A stretch of 58,684 nucleotides of DNA, the filler included, from Squatina squatina (lineage: Eukaryota): the NCBI GenBank assembly GCA_031763465.1. It is 3 parts of 3 records of this genome, joined end to end, with 100 filler letters (N's around TTAATTAATTAA, not from the genome) between each part and the next. Parts side by side here need not be neighbours in the genome. Positions count along the whole stretch, not along the records: positions 1 to 28,282 come from JARFOE010000004.1; 2 more parts are not named here. One strand, given 5' to 3'. Position numbers and translations under genes: made by a program. The notes under the pieces are model-generated. The model did no database searches, was not told the origin of the DNA, and saw nothing but the letters and a program-made list of their open reading frames with translations. Each line of letters opens with the position of its first letter. Positions within the stretch are counted from its first letter, which is position 1. Positions 1 to 12,805 of this stretch are shown here, in pieces.

Positions 1-362
1 CATACAAAATTCTTACAGGGCTTGACAAGGTAGATGCAGGGAAGATGTTTTCCCTGGCTGGGGAGTCTAGAACCAGGGGTCAAAGTCTCAGAATAAGGGG
101 TCGACCATTTAGGACTCCAATCAGGAGAAATTTCTTCACTCAGGAGGGTGGTGAATCTTTGGAATTCTCTACACCCAGAGGGCTGTGGAAGCTCAGTCGC
201 TGAGTATATTCAAGACAGAGAGAGATCGACAGATTGAGATATTAAGGGAATCAAAGGATATGGGGATAGTGGAGTGGAGGCAGATGATCACCCATGATCT
301 TATTGAATGGCGGAGCAAGTTCGAGGGGCTGAATGGCTTATTCCTGCTACTATTTCTTATGT
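1..362 (+). mobile_element. CR1-type LINE, 3' end fragment
   Basis: Typical decayed CR1 ORF2 end (YKILTGLDKVDAGKMFSLAGESRTRG...) followed by the CR1 3' UTR (gggctgaatggc...ttcctgct...tcttatgtt). Confidence 0.8.
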
Positions 363-628
363 TAACTCTGATCTACGTTGTACCTCACCACCGCTCCACC
401 TCTAACAAGAATTTTCGGCCATCTTGACCCATACTCTGGTACGCTCTCCTTAAATTACTCCTGCTTGCTTCCTTGCTCCCCTCCCTCAAAGTCTACCTCT
501 CTGATCATGCCTTTAGTCATTGACCTTATCCTTTCTCACACTATTGCTCAGTGTCCAGTTACTTTTGTCTGTGGGACATTTTAACCATATTAAAGAGCGA
601 GAACAGTGCAAATTGATAAGATACTTAC

Positions 629-694
629 GAAGCATTTGTCTGTAGGGAATTTAGAAATCGTCCCTGCTCCAAGTTCAATCTGTAGACTTCAGAA
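629..694 (-). CDS. NOL10: Nucleolar protein 10, internal exon
   Basis: ag/gt-bounded 66-bp exon encoding SEVYRLNLEQGRFLNSLQTNAS; phase fits the exon at 1628-1764. Confidence 0.92.
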
Positions 695-1627
695 CTGCAG
701 AGGAACAAAATTAAGTGTAACAGCATTTAAAAGAAAGTGGTCAGTAAAGACTTTTATTTTCATTAATCTTTAGTTTATCACTGACAACAGCATTTTCCCT
801 GCAGTCTGGAAGTGCATATAATGACATCTTGGTGTTGCAGAGATGCTTATTTTTCTATCCTTCTAGCTTATGAATGTCAATTTTTCACTCCCAATTGTAA
901 CCAAAATTTTCAGTTATGATTAATTATAAATGATTCATTCGGTCAAGACAACTGTACAATTTTAGAAAATGTTCACCCATGTAAAGTGAATTGTAACACT
1001 TATAAATGCTACATTTTCTGCAGTCACTGTCACTACTGCTGGAATGCCATAAAGAAACATCCACCAATGGCTCCAGTTAGGCATTCCTCTACTTTGGGTA
1101 AAGTGCATAAAGCAAAACACATTTCTCACTGCTTTCCTTTTGTAAAATAAGGACAGATGAGCATCTCCAAGATTAAGTGGTATTACAAGCATTGCAAACC
1201 ATGGTCTAAGGCCATCAGCAAAGTAATAAATAATTCCCAATGGAAGATAGTCTATCCCCCTTTACAGCAGTATGAAATCTGATGCCTGTACTAATAGGGT
1301 GGTGAGGTAAGAAACAAACAATACAATAGAATTAAATACAAAATCACTTTGTTTGACTATCAATAATAGTACCATGCCATGTATTTAGCAATTCAAAACC
1401 AAGTGTCCCATTAAAACAGAAAGAAACTCAAATTCAGAAATATGGGTCTACTTAGTTTCACAATCTAGTGTTAAGACGACATTTCAAAAGATAATTGTGA
1501 GGGCTTGCTTGATATTGTGCGCATATTTTATGTAAATGTCCCATATTATCCAGTGTTTCTTAACATTAACTATCAGGCTCACAGCTGAAAAGGAAAATAT
1601 ATAGTTTTTGAAATCCTGTTTACATAC

Positions 1628-1764
1628 CTTGCTCCTACAAAATAGAGATCACATGATGGATAATGGTAGGAGAAATCTCTACCAAACTTGGGGATTCGTG
1701 TCCTATAGTAGCGACCATGCTGTGAATGAAACTCCACGTAACGGTCACATTGTAAAAAAACAAT
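1628..1764 (-). CDS. NOL10: Nucleolar protein 10, internal exon
   Basis: 137-bp exon IVFLQCDRYVEFHSQHGRYYRTRIPKFGRDFSYHYPSCDLYFVGA; cag acceptor, gtatgt donor. Confidence 0.95.
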
Positions 1765-1933
1765 CTGTAAAAGCAGAAAAACAAATATTAAAATGAGAAC
1801 AGAAGCATAATTACTTGCAATTTGTTTGTGCTGGGAGAGGTTGCTCAGACACATTAAGGCACCATATAAATGCAAGTCTTCTAATAGTTTCAAATAAGAA
1901 ACTGTAGATTGGTAAAATACAGGAGATACATAC

Positions 1934-1971
1934 CTTTGAATAATCATCTGACAAAATCTCAAATGTTAGAA
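1934..1971 (-). CDS. NOL10: Nucleolar protein 10, internal exon
   Basis: 38-bp exon (V)LTFEILSDDYSK with canonical splice sites, in phase with the next exon. Confidence 0.9.
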
Positions 1972-2622
1972 CTGCAGAAGAAAACCAATTGAAAATTGTG
2001 TTATGTTTACTTTCACTATCAATATTCCACTACAAATTAGAACACAAAATATACACTAAAACAAAATTCAATTTCAACAGAACTGAAATTTATGCTTCTT
2101 AGTATTCAAAAGTTTGCTGCAATTTCACAATTTGCCATGGTGGGNNNNNNNNNNNNNNNNNNNNNNNNNNNNNNNNNNNNNNNNNNNNNNNNNNNNNNNN
2201 NNNNNNNNNNNNNNNNNNNNNNNNNNNNNNNNNNNNNNNNNNNNCTGAACTCAAGGTAGCCTCTATTCCTTCTCAAAACAACCTGTAGAGAAATATTTAA
2301 ACTGAAACTGTCTCTGGGCTTTCTTTCTTGCAGAATGTGTGACGATAATGTAATAGGGATACAATTTATCAAACACTTAAGTATCTTATGGAGCAGGGTT
2401 ATTTCAGCTTGGTTACATTTGCCTTTTCCGTCATGTGCCCATTACATTACTTTATTTCCAGTTTCAAACTTTTTAAATTGTATTTATTATTAAAAAAATG
2501 ACTTGATTACATATTTTTAAATTAGTCCAGTCATGTGATTGTTTTGGATTCTTATTTCACTGCTTCAAATAGTTTAATTGTTATAAGCAACAAACGTCAT
2601 GATGTTCTCCATTTTCTCTTAG

Positions 2623-2690
2623 GTGGGGACATTAGATTCATTGGTTGGACTCTCGGATGAACTAGGAAAACTTGATACGTTTGTTGAAGG
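2623..2690 (+). CDS. ATP6V1C2: V-type H+-ATPase subunit C2, internal exon
   Basis: 68-bp exon VGTLDSLVGLSDELGKLDTFVEG; LDSLVG and LGKLDTF are C2-type; lies between NOL10 and PDIA6 as in human. Confidence 0.9.
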
Positions 2691-5557
2691 GTAAAACATA
2701 CATTATTTACTGTATACAAACGAGTTAAAGCATGTTTGAATCGTACAAGGGTATCCTGCTGTGTAACTGTTTGTTCCTGAGTCCTAAACTGACCTATTGC
2801 AGATTTAACTCGGTTTATGCAGCTTTATCCAAACTGATGTCACCACATAGCAACAGAGATCTGCAAAGCTCTGGTTTCCTCTGACAACCAAGCTCAGAAC
2901 CACTCGCAGCTCAGCAGACAAGGTGACATAAAGTTGAAAAATATAAACAGATAATGATAAAAATTAAAGGGACAGGCAATGTTAAAATCCAGTGGCTTTT
3001 CTTGTGAAAGCAGAATATAGAAGTTTAGCTTAAACGTGTGGTAAATCTGCCTTAAGGACATTTTTGATCTCTAACCGTGACTTTCAATGATATTTAAATA
3101 TAACTAGATGCTTGAAATGTTGTGAATCACAAATATATGTAAAATAAATGAAAAAAAGTGTGTTCCAGGTTGAAATATATTTCCAGATCTGTACAGGTTT
3201 ATTTATTATCCTGTTGACAGATTTGCAGAGGGAAAAGGGTGTAGAAAATTGAGATATTTTGTCAAGTCAAAAATACAATTAGAAAGGAAACAATATAGGT
3301 CTTCTCCAATAACTTAGTGGGTAACTGCACTACTTGATGTATCACTGAGCCATTAATCTCCAAGACTTGATCTCTGATCAATGTTGATTCAGTTGGTAGC
3401 ACTCTTGCCTTGGAATCAAAACGTTATTAAAGTCCTCTGACCACGACTCCAAATGTATGGATCAACTCAGACAACAAATTGACACACAAAGGCTAATCAA
3501 ATTACAGCAGTATGCCACCAAGCCCTCAGTGCATCAGAGAGCTGCATAATTACAGATAGTTGTTGTATCAAATCAAACCATGGTTCCATTCCTGCTCATT
3601 TGCAGGAATGAGCAGATGCAGCATGCTGTACTACAGCAGCAAGCAACAGTCCATATGTAGCACTCCAGGGAGAGATCCACTGTCTTCAGCATTCTGGTTC
3701 ACTGAATGGTAGAGTTAAATTTTGCATGGGAGTGCCTGCAGCAACCACTACTGATTGATAGAATCTGGAATGTTGTTATTTTTTTCCTTATGTTCGATAA
3801 AGTAGAATTAAAANNNNNNNNNNNNNNNNNNNNNNNNNNNNNNNNNNNNNNNNNNNNNNNNNNNNNNNNNNNNNNNNNNNNNNNNNNNNNNNNNNNNNNN
3901 NNNNNNNNNNNNNCTCCAGCCTCGCCGGTCTCTACACTCCTGATGCGCCTCATGCCCACAGTATCCCTGGCGTTTTCTTCCAGTGAGGACAGTACATGGA
4001 GGGACGCTTACCCTCCACCTGTCCTAGCCTGCTCCCACTTATTGTGTACTTCAATTCTTCCTACAGTATAATTATAGCTAAAATATATACAAGAGTAAAA
4101 ATCTTAAATGTATTTATTTATTTATTGAACGATTTTGGCCTTCAACTATAGGTCTATTTCAGTAATCTGGAGCAAGACATAAAAATATATAATGGCTACT
4201 CAAAAAATACAAACAGGTGAGAACCTGAAGCAATGCTGTTTACTTATGTTGCTATTTACTGTCACTGGTATAAAGCTTGGTGGGAGGTCACTAAAAGTCA
4301 TCCAACTATGAATCACTTGTTTGCTTGAGCATGTGCATTTGAATTTGAATTCTTCAGTGTGATAATCTGGACACATGGATACAGTGATCAGGTTATGATG
4401 GATTAGATAAGTAAGAACCACATAGCTTGGTCACGATGTCCATATGATCAGGAAACCTTCAATCTTTGAAGCAAAACAAATTGATTATGAAAATTTATTT
4501 TCATCAGGGATCTTTACAAATTATGTTAGGTAACCAAACTAGCATTTATATGAATGTAAATCAGTTCCATTAAGTTGAGTGGATTGATAGAATTGTGAGG
4601 ATACACTGTTCTCTTTTAGCTGGTGGGTTTTTAGAGTTGTGTGTGCTTGTCTTAGTGCTGCTGAGTCAAAGTACAAATCTTAACAAAAAAACTGAACATG
4701 GAATTTGTATATCATCATTGTGCTATATAGCAATGTGTCAGACATGTAGCTCTACTGGTCAATTTGTTGTGACAGGCAAGGATCGATCCAAGGGCTGACA
4801 TTTCAGAAACAAATTCTTTGAATTTTTTCCTAAAAGTTTGTTGTTTTGTAGTTATTTTCCCAAAAGTATCTAATAATCAAACAATTTAATAGTAATTAAG
4901 AGCATTTTTGAGAGTATTCTCCATATCAATGATAAAAAATACAAATGAAAGAAATGTGTTCTGATAAAGTGACAGTAAAAATGATCAAGATATATTTTGG
5001 AATCATCGCCTTTCACTTTTTAGTTAGAATCCATGTTAGTCAGGTCTGGTTTTATTTTGAGTGAATAGTTCTGATGCAAAGTAATGCTTGTAAACCAGTT
5101 GGAATATGTGGAGGAGCAATAGGACTTTAGTCAGGCAGAAGGCACTGTTTTCCTACTTCGCTTTCACTATGGCTACAATTTGTAGTGGTAGGAAGTAGAG
5201 GCAACAGTTGTGCTCATTATCGCTAGCCTCTGTAAACCCATCAAATGATATCTTCTTTTGCATTTGTAACATTTATAAATGTAAACAGAAATTTCACAGG
5301 GACTATTCACCAATCAGATCTGAGTCAGGAACTGTTCTCCAANNNNNNNNNNNNNNNNNNNNNNNNNNNNNNNNNNNNNNNNNNNNNNNNNNNNNNNNNN
5401 NNNNNNNNNNNNNNNNNNNNNNNNNNNNNNNNNNNNNNNNNNATCTGATTCTTCTAAATACTTAAAAGGCATTATTAAAAAAATCAATTATGAAATATTT
5501 GAAAATAATGGCATAATTTAGAACAAAATAACTGTTCGCTACGTTTCTTATTTTCAG

Positions 5558-5649
5558 CAAATCTCACAGATTGATACTGATTTAAAGTCTCGTGCATTGA
5601 CATACAACAACACCAAGGGAAACCTACAAAATCTGGAAAGAAAAGCAGT
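5558..5649 (+). CDS. ATP6V1C2: V-type H+-ATPase subunit C2, internal exon
   Basis: 92-bp exon [30 protein letters not shown]; ttttcag acceptor, gtatgt donor. Confidence 0.9.
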
Positions 5650-5871
5650 GTATGTAAACTGGCAACATTTCTTAATAAATCTATGTATGGTGGAAAACCG
5701 CAAACCTAGATGTTTGGAAAATACACCAACTACAGATACAAGTCTTGTTATTACAATCTCATGAAATTTGCAATACGTGGTTTACGATGATACCAATATT
5801 CCCCAGTGCAGAAACAAGCAATACTGGCAAGTTTCTTTTCTACCTATCACGATTGATGTACAGGACATTTT

Positions 5872-5997
5872 GGGGGTAACTTTCAGCTTGAGTAGCAGTT
5901 TAAAACTGGAAAGGAAAATTGGGCGGGGTTTATACTGTGCAGCTGATCCAGTACCGGCACGTTTCACACCATCCCGCCAAAGCTGAAAGTTAACCCC
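5872..5997. mobile_element. Short MITE-like element with terminal inverted repeats
   Basis: gggggtaactttcagctt at the left end and aagctgaaagttaacccc at the right end form a ~18-bp near-perfect inverted repeat; no clean TSD. Confidence 0.65.
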
Positions 5998-8074
5998 ATA
6001 TGACTGAAATAGTTTTCCATAGCTTTGCATCAATACTCAATCAGGAGTGCCCCCCTCATGTACGGTTTCCCACCTGTAGGCTATAAAGTGTAACAGATTT
6101 TTTAGTTGTACCCAGTCCAATCACTGTATTTGAATATTCTGCGTAACTTAATTTAACATATTGTATTTTTAAAAAAACAATAAAAAGTCCAATTTCCAAA
6201 ATTGAGCTAAACCCAGAAATTTTATACTACTGAAGTACTTGATTGGATATGAGAATTTTATTAGATATCTGTCTATGATGGAAACTTCTGGTTTTAACGG
6301 AGATGGGATGGGGGGCGGGCAACAAACCCACTCCCAGGAGGCGGGCCATCCATTTAAATACTATATTGAGGCTGGAAGCCTCTGATTTAACCTCCATTTT
6401 GAATTTAAATTTAGCTGGTTGGGTTTTGTAAGCCTCATGAAACCTGCCAGCTAATGCAAGGTGCGGACTGCTGTATTCAGGAGGTATGTGCCTTTACACT
6501 NNNNNNNNNNNNNNNNNNNNNNNNNNNNNNNNNNNNNNNNNNNNNNNNNNNNNNNNNNNNNNNNNNNNNNNNNNNNNNNNNNNNNNNNNNNNNNNNNNNN
6601 CAAGCCTTTATTCAAATCTTAATTACATGTCACAGTGACCTTTTATATAAAGTTGTTTTTTTATGAACAATTATTATTATTTTGCAAGTTATTTCAGTTC
6701 TACAGTCTGACCCACTCTCAAGACAATCACAACACAAATATTATTTGTTTAATTAGCTGACAAAATAATATGAGAGTTAGATATATATTTGAGGTTATTG
6801 AGCAACAATTAAATAAGGTGCCTTACACTTGTCTTATTCTCAAGATTAGTAACTAATAACTCAAAGACTAGTTATTTACATGATCCTGAAGGAGTATTGT
6901 TTTATTGCTTTTACTGACACCCCAGTCCGAAACTATAAAAGAACTGCTGTTAAGAAAGAATTTTCTTCTACTTGGCATGTGACTAAGTGAAGCTAATTGC
7001 TTCCTTTGGAAAGAGTGCAAACTTCCTCCAACCCAAACAAGATCACACGGAGATCTCCAACTTTGCTTAGTTTAGATTAGCTGGTTAATAATAACTTCAT
7101 TAACTCCTCTTAACAAAACTGTCTCACAGTTAAACATTGTCCTGAGGGTCAGAAGGAGATTGGATTCCATTTAAGTTAAATTAACCTATTTGGGAATCCA
7201 ATTACTCTCCAACCCAAGCTAAATTGAGCTATGCCTATAGTTAACTAAAGTGAATGAGTGATCTCCCTCCACTTTAGAAAATGTGTAACTTTGCAAAATA
7301 TTAATAAAATTAAATATAGCCAGCTTGACGGTGTACTTCAATATCAGTAATTGGTGAGAATAAAAATGAAAAATGGGTTATTTATAGGCAGCAAATATTA
7401 AAATGATGTTCTGGGAGATATTTAATTGTTTAAATCATAACCACATAATTAATTTTGTGATTCATTGTCATTGAATTTATACAGCTGGTCAATTGAGAAT
7501 TATATTAAAGTTCTGACTACCTTTAATTTTATATAAAGCAAATACAATTGCCTATAAAAAGTGGTTTTATAATATATTACTTTCTAACAGTGATATAATT
7601 ATTAGAGGCTGCATTAATGGAATTATTTCAAACATCTAAAATAGTTGGGTTGTTATTAATATTTGGTTTGATCTATTTTTGATATATAATTAAAATTAAA
7701 TCCAACAAAAGGGGTAATTTTGCTGTTATTGTGCTTGGGCATATTGGATTACCTGGGTGTAATGCACAGAGGAAAAACAAAGCCCGCTCAATTTTCCATG
7801 CACTAATTTAAATAGATGGGAAATTGGGTACGCTCACTTAACAGCATGTGATCCTCCTGCCAGGTTTTCCTCTCTGTACTACACTCAGGTATATGCCAAC
7901 AGCAGAATAACAGGGAATTTGTGTATGGTGTATCTATACTTACAGAAGAAGAGGTTGACAAATGTGATCCTACACAACAATGGAATATACTAAAATGTTC
8001 AGGTGTCAAAGCACTGTCTTTGTAACTTATACTCACTAAATATGGTCTGATTTTCTCCATTCATGTTTTTCCAG

Positions 8075-8173
8075 GGGTAGCCTTTTGACCCGTACCTTAG
8101 CAGACATTGTAAATAAGGAAGACTTTGTGTTAGATTCAGAATATCTCACAACTCTTCTGGCTTTTGTCCCAAA
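8075..8173 (+). CDS. ATP6V1C2: V-type H+-ATPase subunit C2, internal exon
   Basis: 99-bp exon [33 protein letters not shown]; gtaagt donor. Confidence 0.93.
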
Positions 8174-8266
8174 GTAAGTTCCCTGCTTGGTGTGAATTAG
8201 TGCAATTGAGCTTTGATTGTCCCATTAAATGCTTTTATAACTAGTTATTATTTGTATTACTCTTAG

Positions 8267-8335
8267 GTCGAATTACATTAACTGGCAAAAGACATATGAG
8301 TCCCTGTCTGACATGGTGGTTCCTCGATCAACCAA
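8267..8335 (+). CDS. ATP6V1C2: V-type H+-ATPase subunit C2, internal exon
   Basis: 69-bp exon [23 protein letters not shown] after a 93-bp intron; gtgagt donor. Confidence 0.93.
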
Positions 8336-9802
8336 GTGAGTTTATAAAGAATAATTTGCATAAGCTGAAAGATGTATTGTGTTTAACCAAATTACTTATC
8401 ATTTAATTTTTCTTCAACAAAATGTTATGTTATTATAAGAACCTAGGCCTAACCATGATGATGCAGAGGCATTAACTTATGTCTACATAGAGTTTTGGGA
8501 TGCAGGTTCAATTCTACATTCAGTTCCAGTCTCTGATGTGCTATTGTGTGAAGCCGTGGCCCCAATGTTTATGGGAGGTGTAGCGGCCAGGAATCCTGGA
8601 AATATGGGTTTCCCGGATGTCCTGCAAGGATGTCTTTTAAATTTTCTCGACAGCCAGCTTGATTGGCGATGCAGTGGAGGCGGGTGGGGGGGATGGAGGA
8701 GGTGGGGAGAGGAAGTCAGACATCATGGAGATTAGCTTGTTGGGCCAGGGAGAAACACTCCTGCTCCTCCTGACCCACAAGCAATGCTGTAAAGACGCTT
8801 ACCTGATGGATCTGGCTCTGCTCTCCTTTTACTTGTCAGGTTTCCTGAGGCTCGGGGAACTTGGCCAACATGGGTAAAAAATAGAAACCCTGACAGTCCC
8901 TGTACCACCAGCCTTTGGTCGGTGGAATGTCATCTTTCTGTGCTGTAAACTGCTATGATTTTCCTGTTTATCCTCCTTACACATCTGCCAATGCAGCACT
9001 GGATACTGCATCCATGCTGTCACATGCACAAAAATAATGCTCTATAACTCTGTAGGGACCCTGTTTCTTGCACCAGCTTCTATTGCGTGCTTTACCCAAA
9101 ATATTTTCTGGAATTCCAAGATTGCAGAATTTTGCACAGAGTTCTCTTAATTCATCTTTAACAAGGCACAAACTGGACTTACCCAGGATCTTAAATAATG
9201 GTTATGGATTTAGTAAATGAGAAATTTAGAAGAAACTCGTGAAAATTTAGTTAGTGTAAATTCCACAAATTCCTTCGTTTGTGTCAATTTGTGTGCTCAC
9301 TTTAGCAAAATAACTAGTCAAATTGGAATGATACAAAGAATAGTTTGGCTCTACACAAGGATAATGTGCAAATTTATGGAGCATTTGAAAAAAAGTTCAA
9401 TTTGTGGGATAAATTNNNNNNNNNNNNNNNNNNNNNNNNNNNNNNNNNNNNNNNNNNNNNNNNNNNNNNNNNNNNNNNNNNNNNNNNNNNNNNNNNNNNN
9501 NNNNNNNNNNNNNNNGTAATGTAAGGCAACTGTAGCCTATTGTGTTCCATGAGAATATACCTAACTGCAATGTTAAGCATTCTCAGTGGATGGACTGATG
9601 CTTCGTCCTCACAGCTGGTTTCTCTATTTGCCATGTTGCATCTCCTCTCTCCGATAAATACTCTTGTTGTGGCAGTGAGAAGTTAGATGGCCCTGTGCTG
9701 ATGTGGATATTGATGGTCTAAGCTTTGCTGATCCTTCCTTGGTATACAGAGGCCAATGGTCATGATTGATTTTAGATAGAAGGAACTCAAGGAGAAATAT
9801 TT

Positions 9803-10310
9803 TGGGGCCAAAATTCATTGAGGGGCTTACGGGGCGGGAGCCGGCATTTCAAGCGCCGGTCCCTGCCCTGCCCGCCCCATTGTAGAACTCGCAGTTCTGG
9901 GGCGGGAGCGAGGCGCATTGCTCTTGGCCTTGCTCCCAGCTGGAACTGGGGCGGCTGGCCTGGAACGTCGCCGGCATGGCCTCTGCACTGCGCCAGCAAT
10001 GTCAGATGTGCCGCATCAGCGCGCTGACGTCAGCAGTACTGCCAGGGCTCCCTTAAAGAGGAGGGCCACTGGCCATCCTGACGGTGTGCCCGCGGCTGAT
10101 GCTGGGCCATCAAGGATGCCGGTGACCGGGCCACCTGCGGCTTCGGCAAAACCGTGGATGCGCCGTGGGCCGCAAAGTGTTTGGTGTTTTTCTGGGGCTG
10201 CTTCCCCGCTCTAGCTGCTGTCCGGCTCCGCGCGGCTATTCAGTTAAACTGTGCGGCATCTCGAGGATTAGTGCGCGGGCGTGCAGCCGCACACCTCAGC
10301 GAGAACAGTG
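9803..10310. mobile_element. GC-rich non-autonomous DNA transposon remnant
   Basis: Abrupt GC/CpG-rich island in an AT-rich intron starting ggggccaaaattc, like the other TIR ends in this window; right end is approximate. Confidence 0.45.
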
Positions 10311-10533
10311 ATCAGGACATGTGAGACTTGGAAAGGAAATACTGATTCTGTGGAAAAGATTCATTAAAGGGATTCCCTTGGCAGAGCCCACCCCAGTGTA
10401 TCCGCTCTGCACAGACTGTTTAAGATGGAGGACTCCATGAAGAAGCCCTGTAAGTCAAGACTTCTCAGAAACAAAAACATTGAGGAAATCTATGGTTACG
10501 GAGTTACCTTAGATACCTTCTTTAAAAAGACAA

Positions 10534-10720
10534 GAGAGTAGATTTTTATCTTCACTACCCGGTGATAATTTGATGGAGCGGATTGCCCACCATTTATATA
10601 ACCTTCCTGACTTTCATTCCAGTCAGTTCAATGGAACGATAATCGGCTGGGTTCTATAATGGGTGGACGATCCACTCTGCCAGATTACTGCCCAAGTGGT
10701 AGAGGTGAAAATCTACCCTC
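10534..10720. mobile_element. Palindromic MITE
   Basis: Ends gagagtagatttttatc / gtgaaaatctaccctc; internal arms (ggagcggattgcccaccatttata vs tataatgggtggacgatccactc) also pair imperfectly. Confidence 0.65.
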
Positions 10721-10799
10721 AGTTCCTTTAGCAATTAAATTCTTAAGTGAATTCAAAAAGAAATAGCAGCAGAGTTTTTAAAAAAATGTTCTGTGCTAG

Positions 10800-10893
10800 A
10801 TTTATAGTACGTGAATTTAGCTACAGCGAAGAGGAATTGCATGCCGAGAAGGAAGAAATGACACGACTAAGTGCAGACAAGAAACAACAGTAT
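10800..10893 (+). CDS. ATP6V1C2: V-type H+-ATPase subunit C2, internal exon
   Basis: 94-bp exon [31 protein letters not shown]; KKQQY is C2-type; gtgagt donor. Confidence 0.92.
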
Positions 10894-11518
10894 GTGAGTA
10901 CTGTAGTCCTGTCAGAAAATCAGATTTTCATAACTTGAAAATAGATGAGCAACAATTTCACTTTATTTATAATATGCTTTTAGTTGATTTAGGAAAATAT
11001 TATTAACTTAAATACCACATACTATAGAAAATAATTGATGCAATGGTATGTTACAATTCATGAAATATCATGTGCTAATTTAAAGAATAATTTCACCAAT
11101 AAAATGCAATTTATACACAGGATTACAGAGATCTTGTTGCTTATGAAATACAAAAGCAACAAGACCCCCATAATCCGGTGTATAAACGGTGTCTACTATA
11201 CCCCACAGAGGCAGATTAGCATAGAATACACAGAGGTGGTGTGAAGCTCAAACAGGTCTGAACTGGAATGTGGATCAATTTGGATTCTAATACTTTTAAT
11301 TCTTAAAAATATACTTTTGCTGGTGTGGTCTAGCCACAAATGCCAGCCCAACACTCACCATAATAATAAAGAACTAGTGGAATGACAATGATGTTATAAA
11401 TGACATTTTGTCTATCTANNNNNNNNNNNNNNNNNNNNNNNNNNNNNNNNNNNNNNNNNNNNNNNNNNNNNNNNNNNNNNNNNNNNNNNNNNNNNNNNNN
11501 NNNNNNNNNNNNNNNNNN

Positions 11519-11890
11519 CACAGGACTGAGTTATGAGGAAAGACTAAGGAAACTTGAGCTTTACAGCCTTGAAAGAAGGTGACTGAGAGGTGACTTTATA
11601 AATGTGTATAAAATAGTAAACTGTATGAAAAGGATAGATCTGGGATACAACAAATTAAACTGTCACAATTGGACATGAATCATAATTGTAAATGGCAAAT
11701 GAGGACTGATGTCAATAGGTTCTTCCTCACACACAGTGTCATATATGGAAGTGACTTCTGCATAGGATAATGGAGGTATAAGTCCTGGAATCATTTATGG
11801 ATTTCATTATGAGGGGAACTGTAACATCTTTCTGAATGGATGAACTAAAATAGGCCAAAAGCTGTCCTCATCTGTATCTATCATGTGATC
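11519..11890 (+). mobile_element. CR1-type LINE, 3' fragment
   Basis: TGLSYEERLRKLELYSLERR-LRGD motif of the CR1 ORF2 C-terminus, decayed. Confidence 0.8.
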
Positions 11891-11985
11891 TTGAGACCCT
11901 TAATACTGATATTAACTTAATACTGGTAGCTTTAATAATAACCGTAATACTGATATTAACCCATGGCATTTCATTTCTACTACAG

Positions 11986-12081
11986 GCCAACATGGATATC
12001 CCTGGACTGAATGTTAGCCAACAAGATTACTTTGCTTATGTCTACTTCAAGATTGACATTGACGTAATTAATTTTAAGTAA
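11986..12081 (+). CDS. ATP6V1C2: V-type H+-ATPase subunit C2, last coding exon
   Basis: tacag acceptor, then ANMDIPGLNVSQQDYFAYVYFKIDIDVINFK-stop; AATAAA at 12327-12332. Confidence 0.92.
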   Translation, partial: ANMDIPGLNVSQQDYFAYVYFKIDIDVINFK

Positions 12082-12678
12082 AACATTGGCTAAAATGTGA
12101 AAGAATAGATGCCACTTGATTTTCTGTATAGGATGAGTTTTATACATATATATATATCGCGCACACATGGTAGTGGATCACTTGGTAATTAAAAAAAATG
12201 TTTATCTGGACTTAAGTAAGATTTTAAAATATTATGATGCTGGTTAAGGCTTGTCTTTTACAAAACCTTTTTTTTAATGATAAAATCTGTATGCTGCTAC
12301 CTTTTACAAAATTTTGTCTGATTACAAATAAAATATTTCTTTGTGCGTCCACCCTCTTTAGTCATTTCTGCTATCCATATTAACACCCCATGCTTTTATT
12401 TNNNNNNNNNNNNNNNNNNNNNNNNNNNNNNNNNNNNNNNNNNNNNNNNNNNNNNNNNNNNNNNNNNNNNNNNNNNNNNNNNNNNNNNNNNNNNNNNNNN
12501 NTATAGAATTAAGGACTCCGTTGGTAATGGCTACACTTGACCTTCCACCTGATTAATCAAATTATATATTAAGTATTTTAAACTAAACTACTTTTTAAAA
12601 AATTGAGCCAAAGTTCATGTTCATAGCAAACAAAAGTATTGACACCTCAACCATTATAAAGAGAGGATAATTGTATAC

Positions 12679-12805
12679 CATAGTATTTTTCTGCCTTGTT
12701 CTTATTGGGTCCAAAGAACTTGATAGTAGGAAATTCTTCAATTTCATACTGATGTCCTATCGATGTATATTTGGTCACATCTATTGCACCAACCTTAACA
12801 ATACC
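12679..12805 (-). CDS. PDIA6: Protein disulfide-isomerase A6-like, thioredoxin-domain exon (divergent)
   Basis: 127-bp ag/gt exon GIVKVGAIDVTKYTSIGHQYEIEEFPTIKFFGPNKNKAEKYY; strand and position match PDIA6 between ATP6V1C2 and KCNF1. Confidence 0.8.

Noticed and set aside
9787-10214. GC-rich ORFs on both strands (also 30913-31299, 56608-57253)
   Set aside because: They lie inside TIR-bounded repeats and have no recognisable protein motifs or splice structure.
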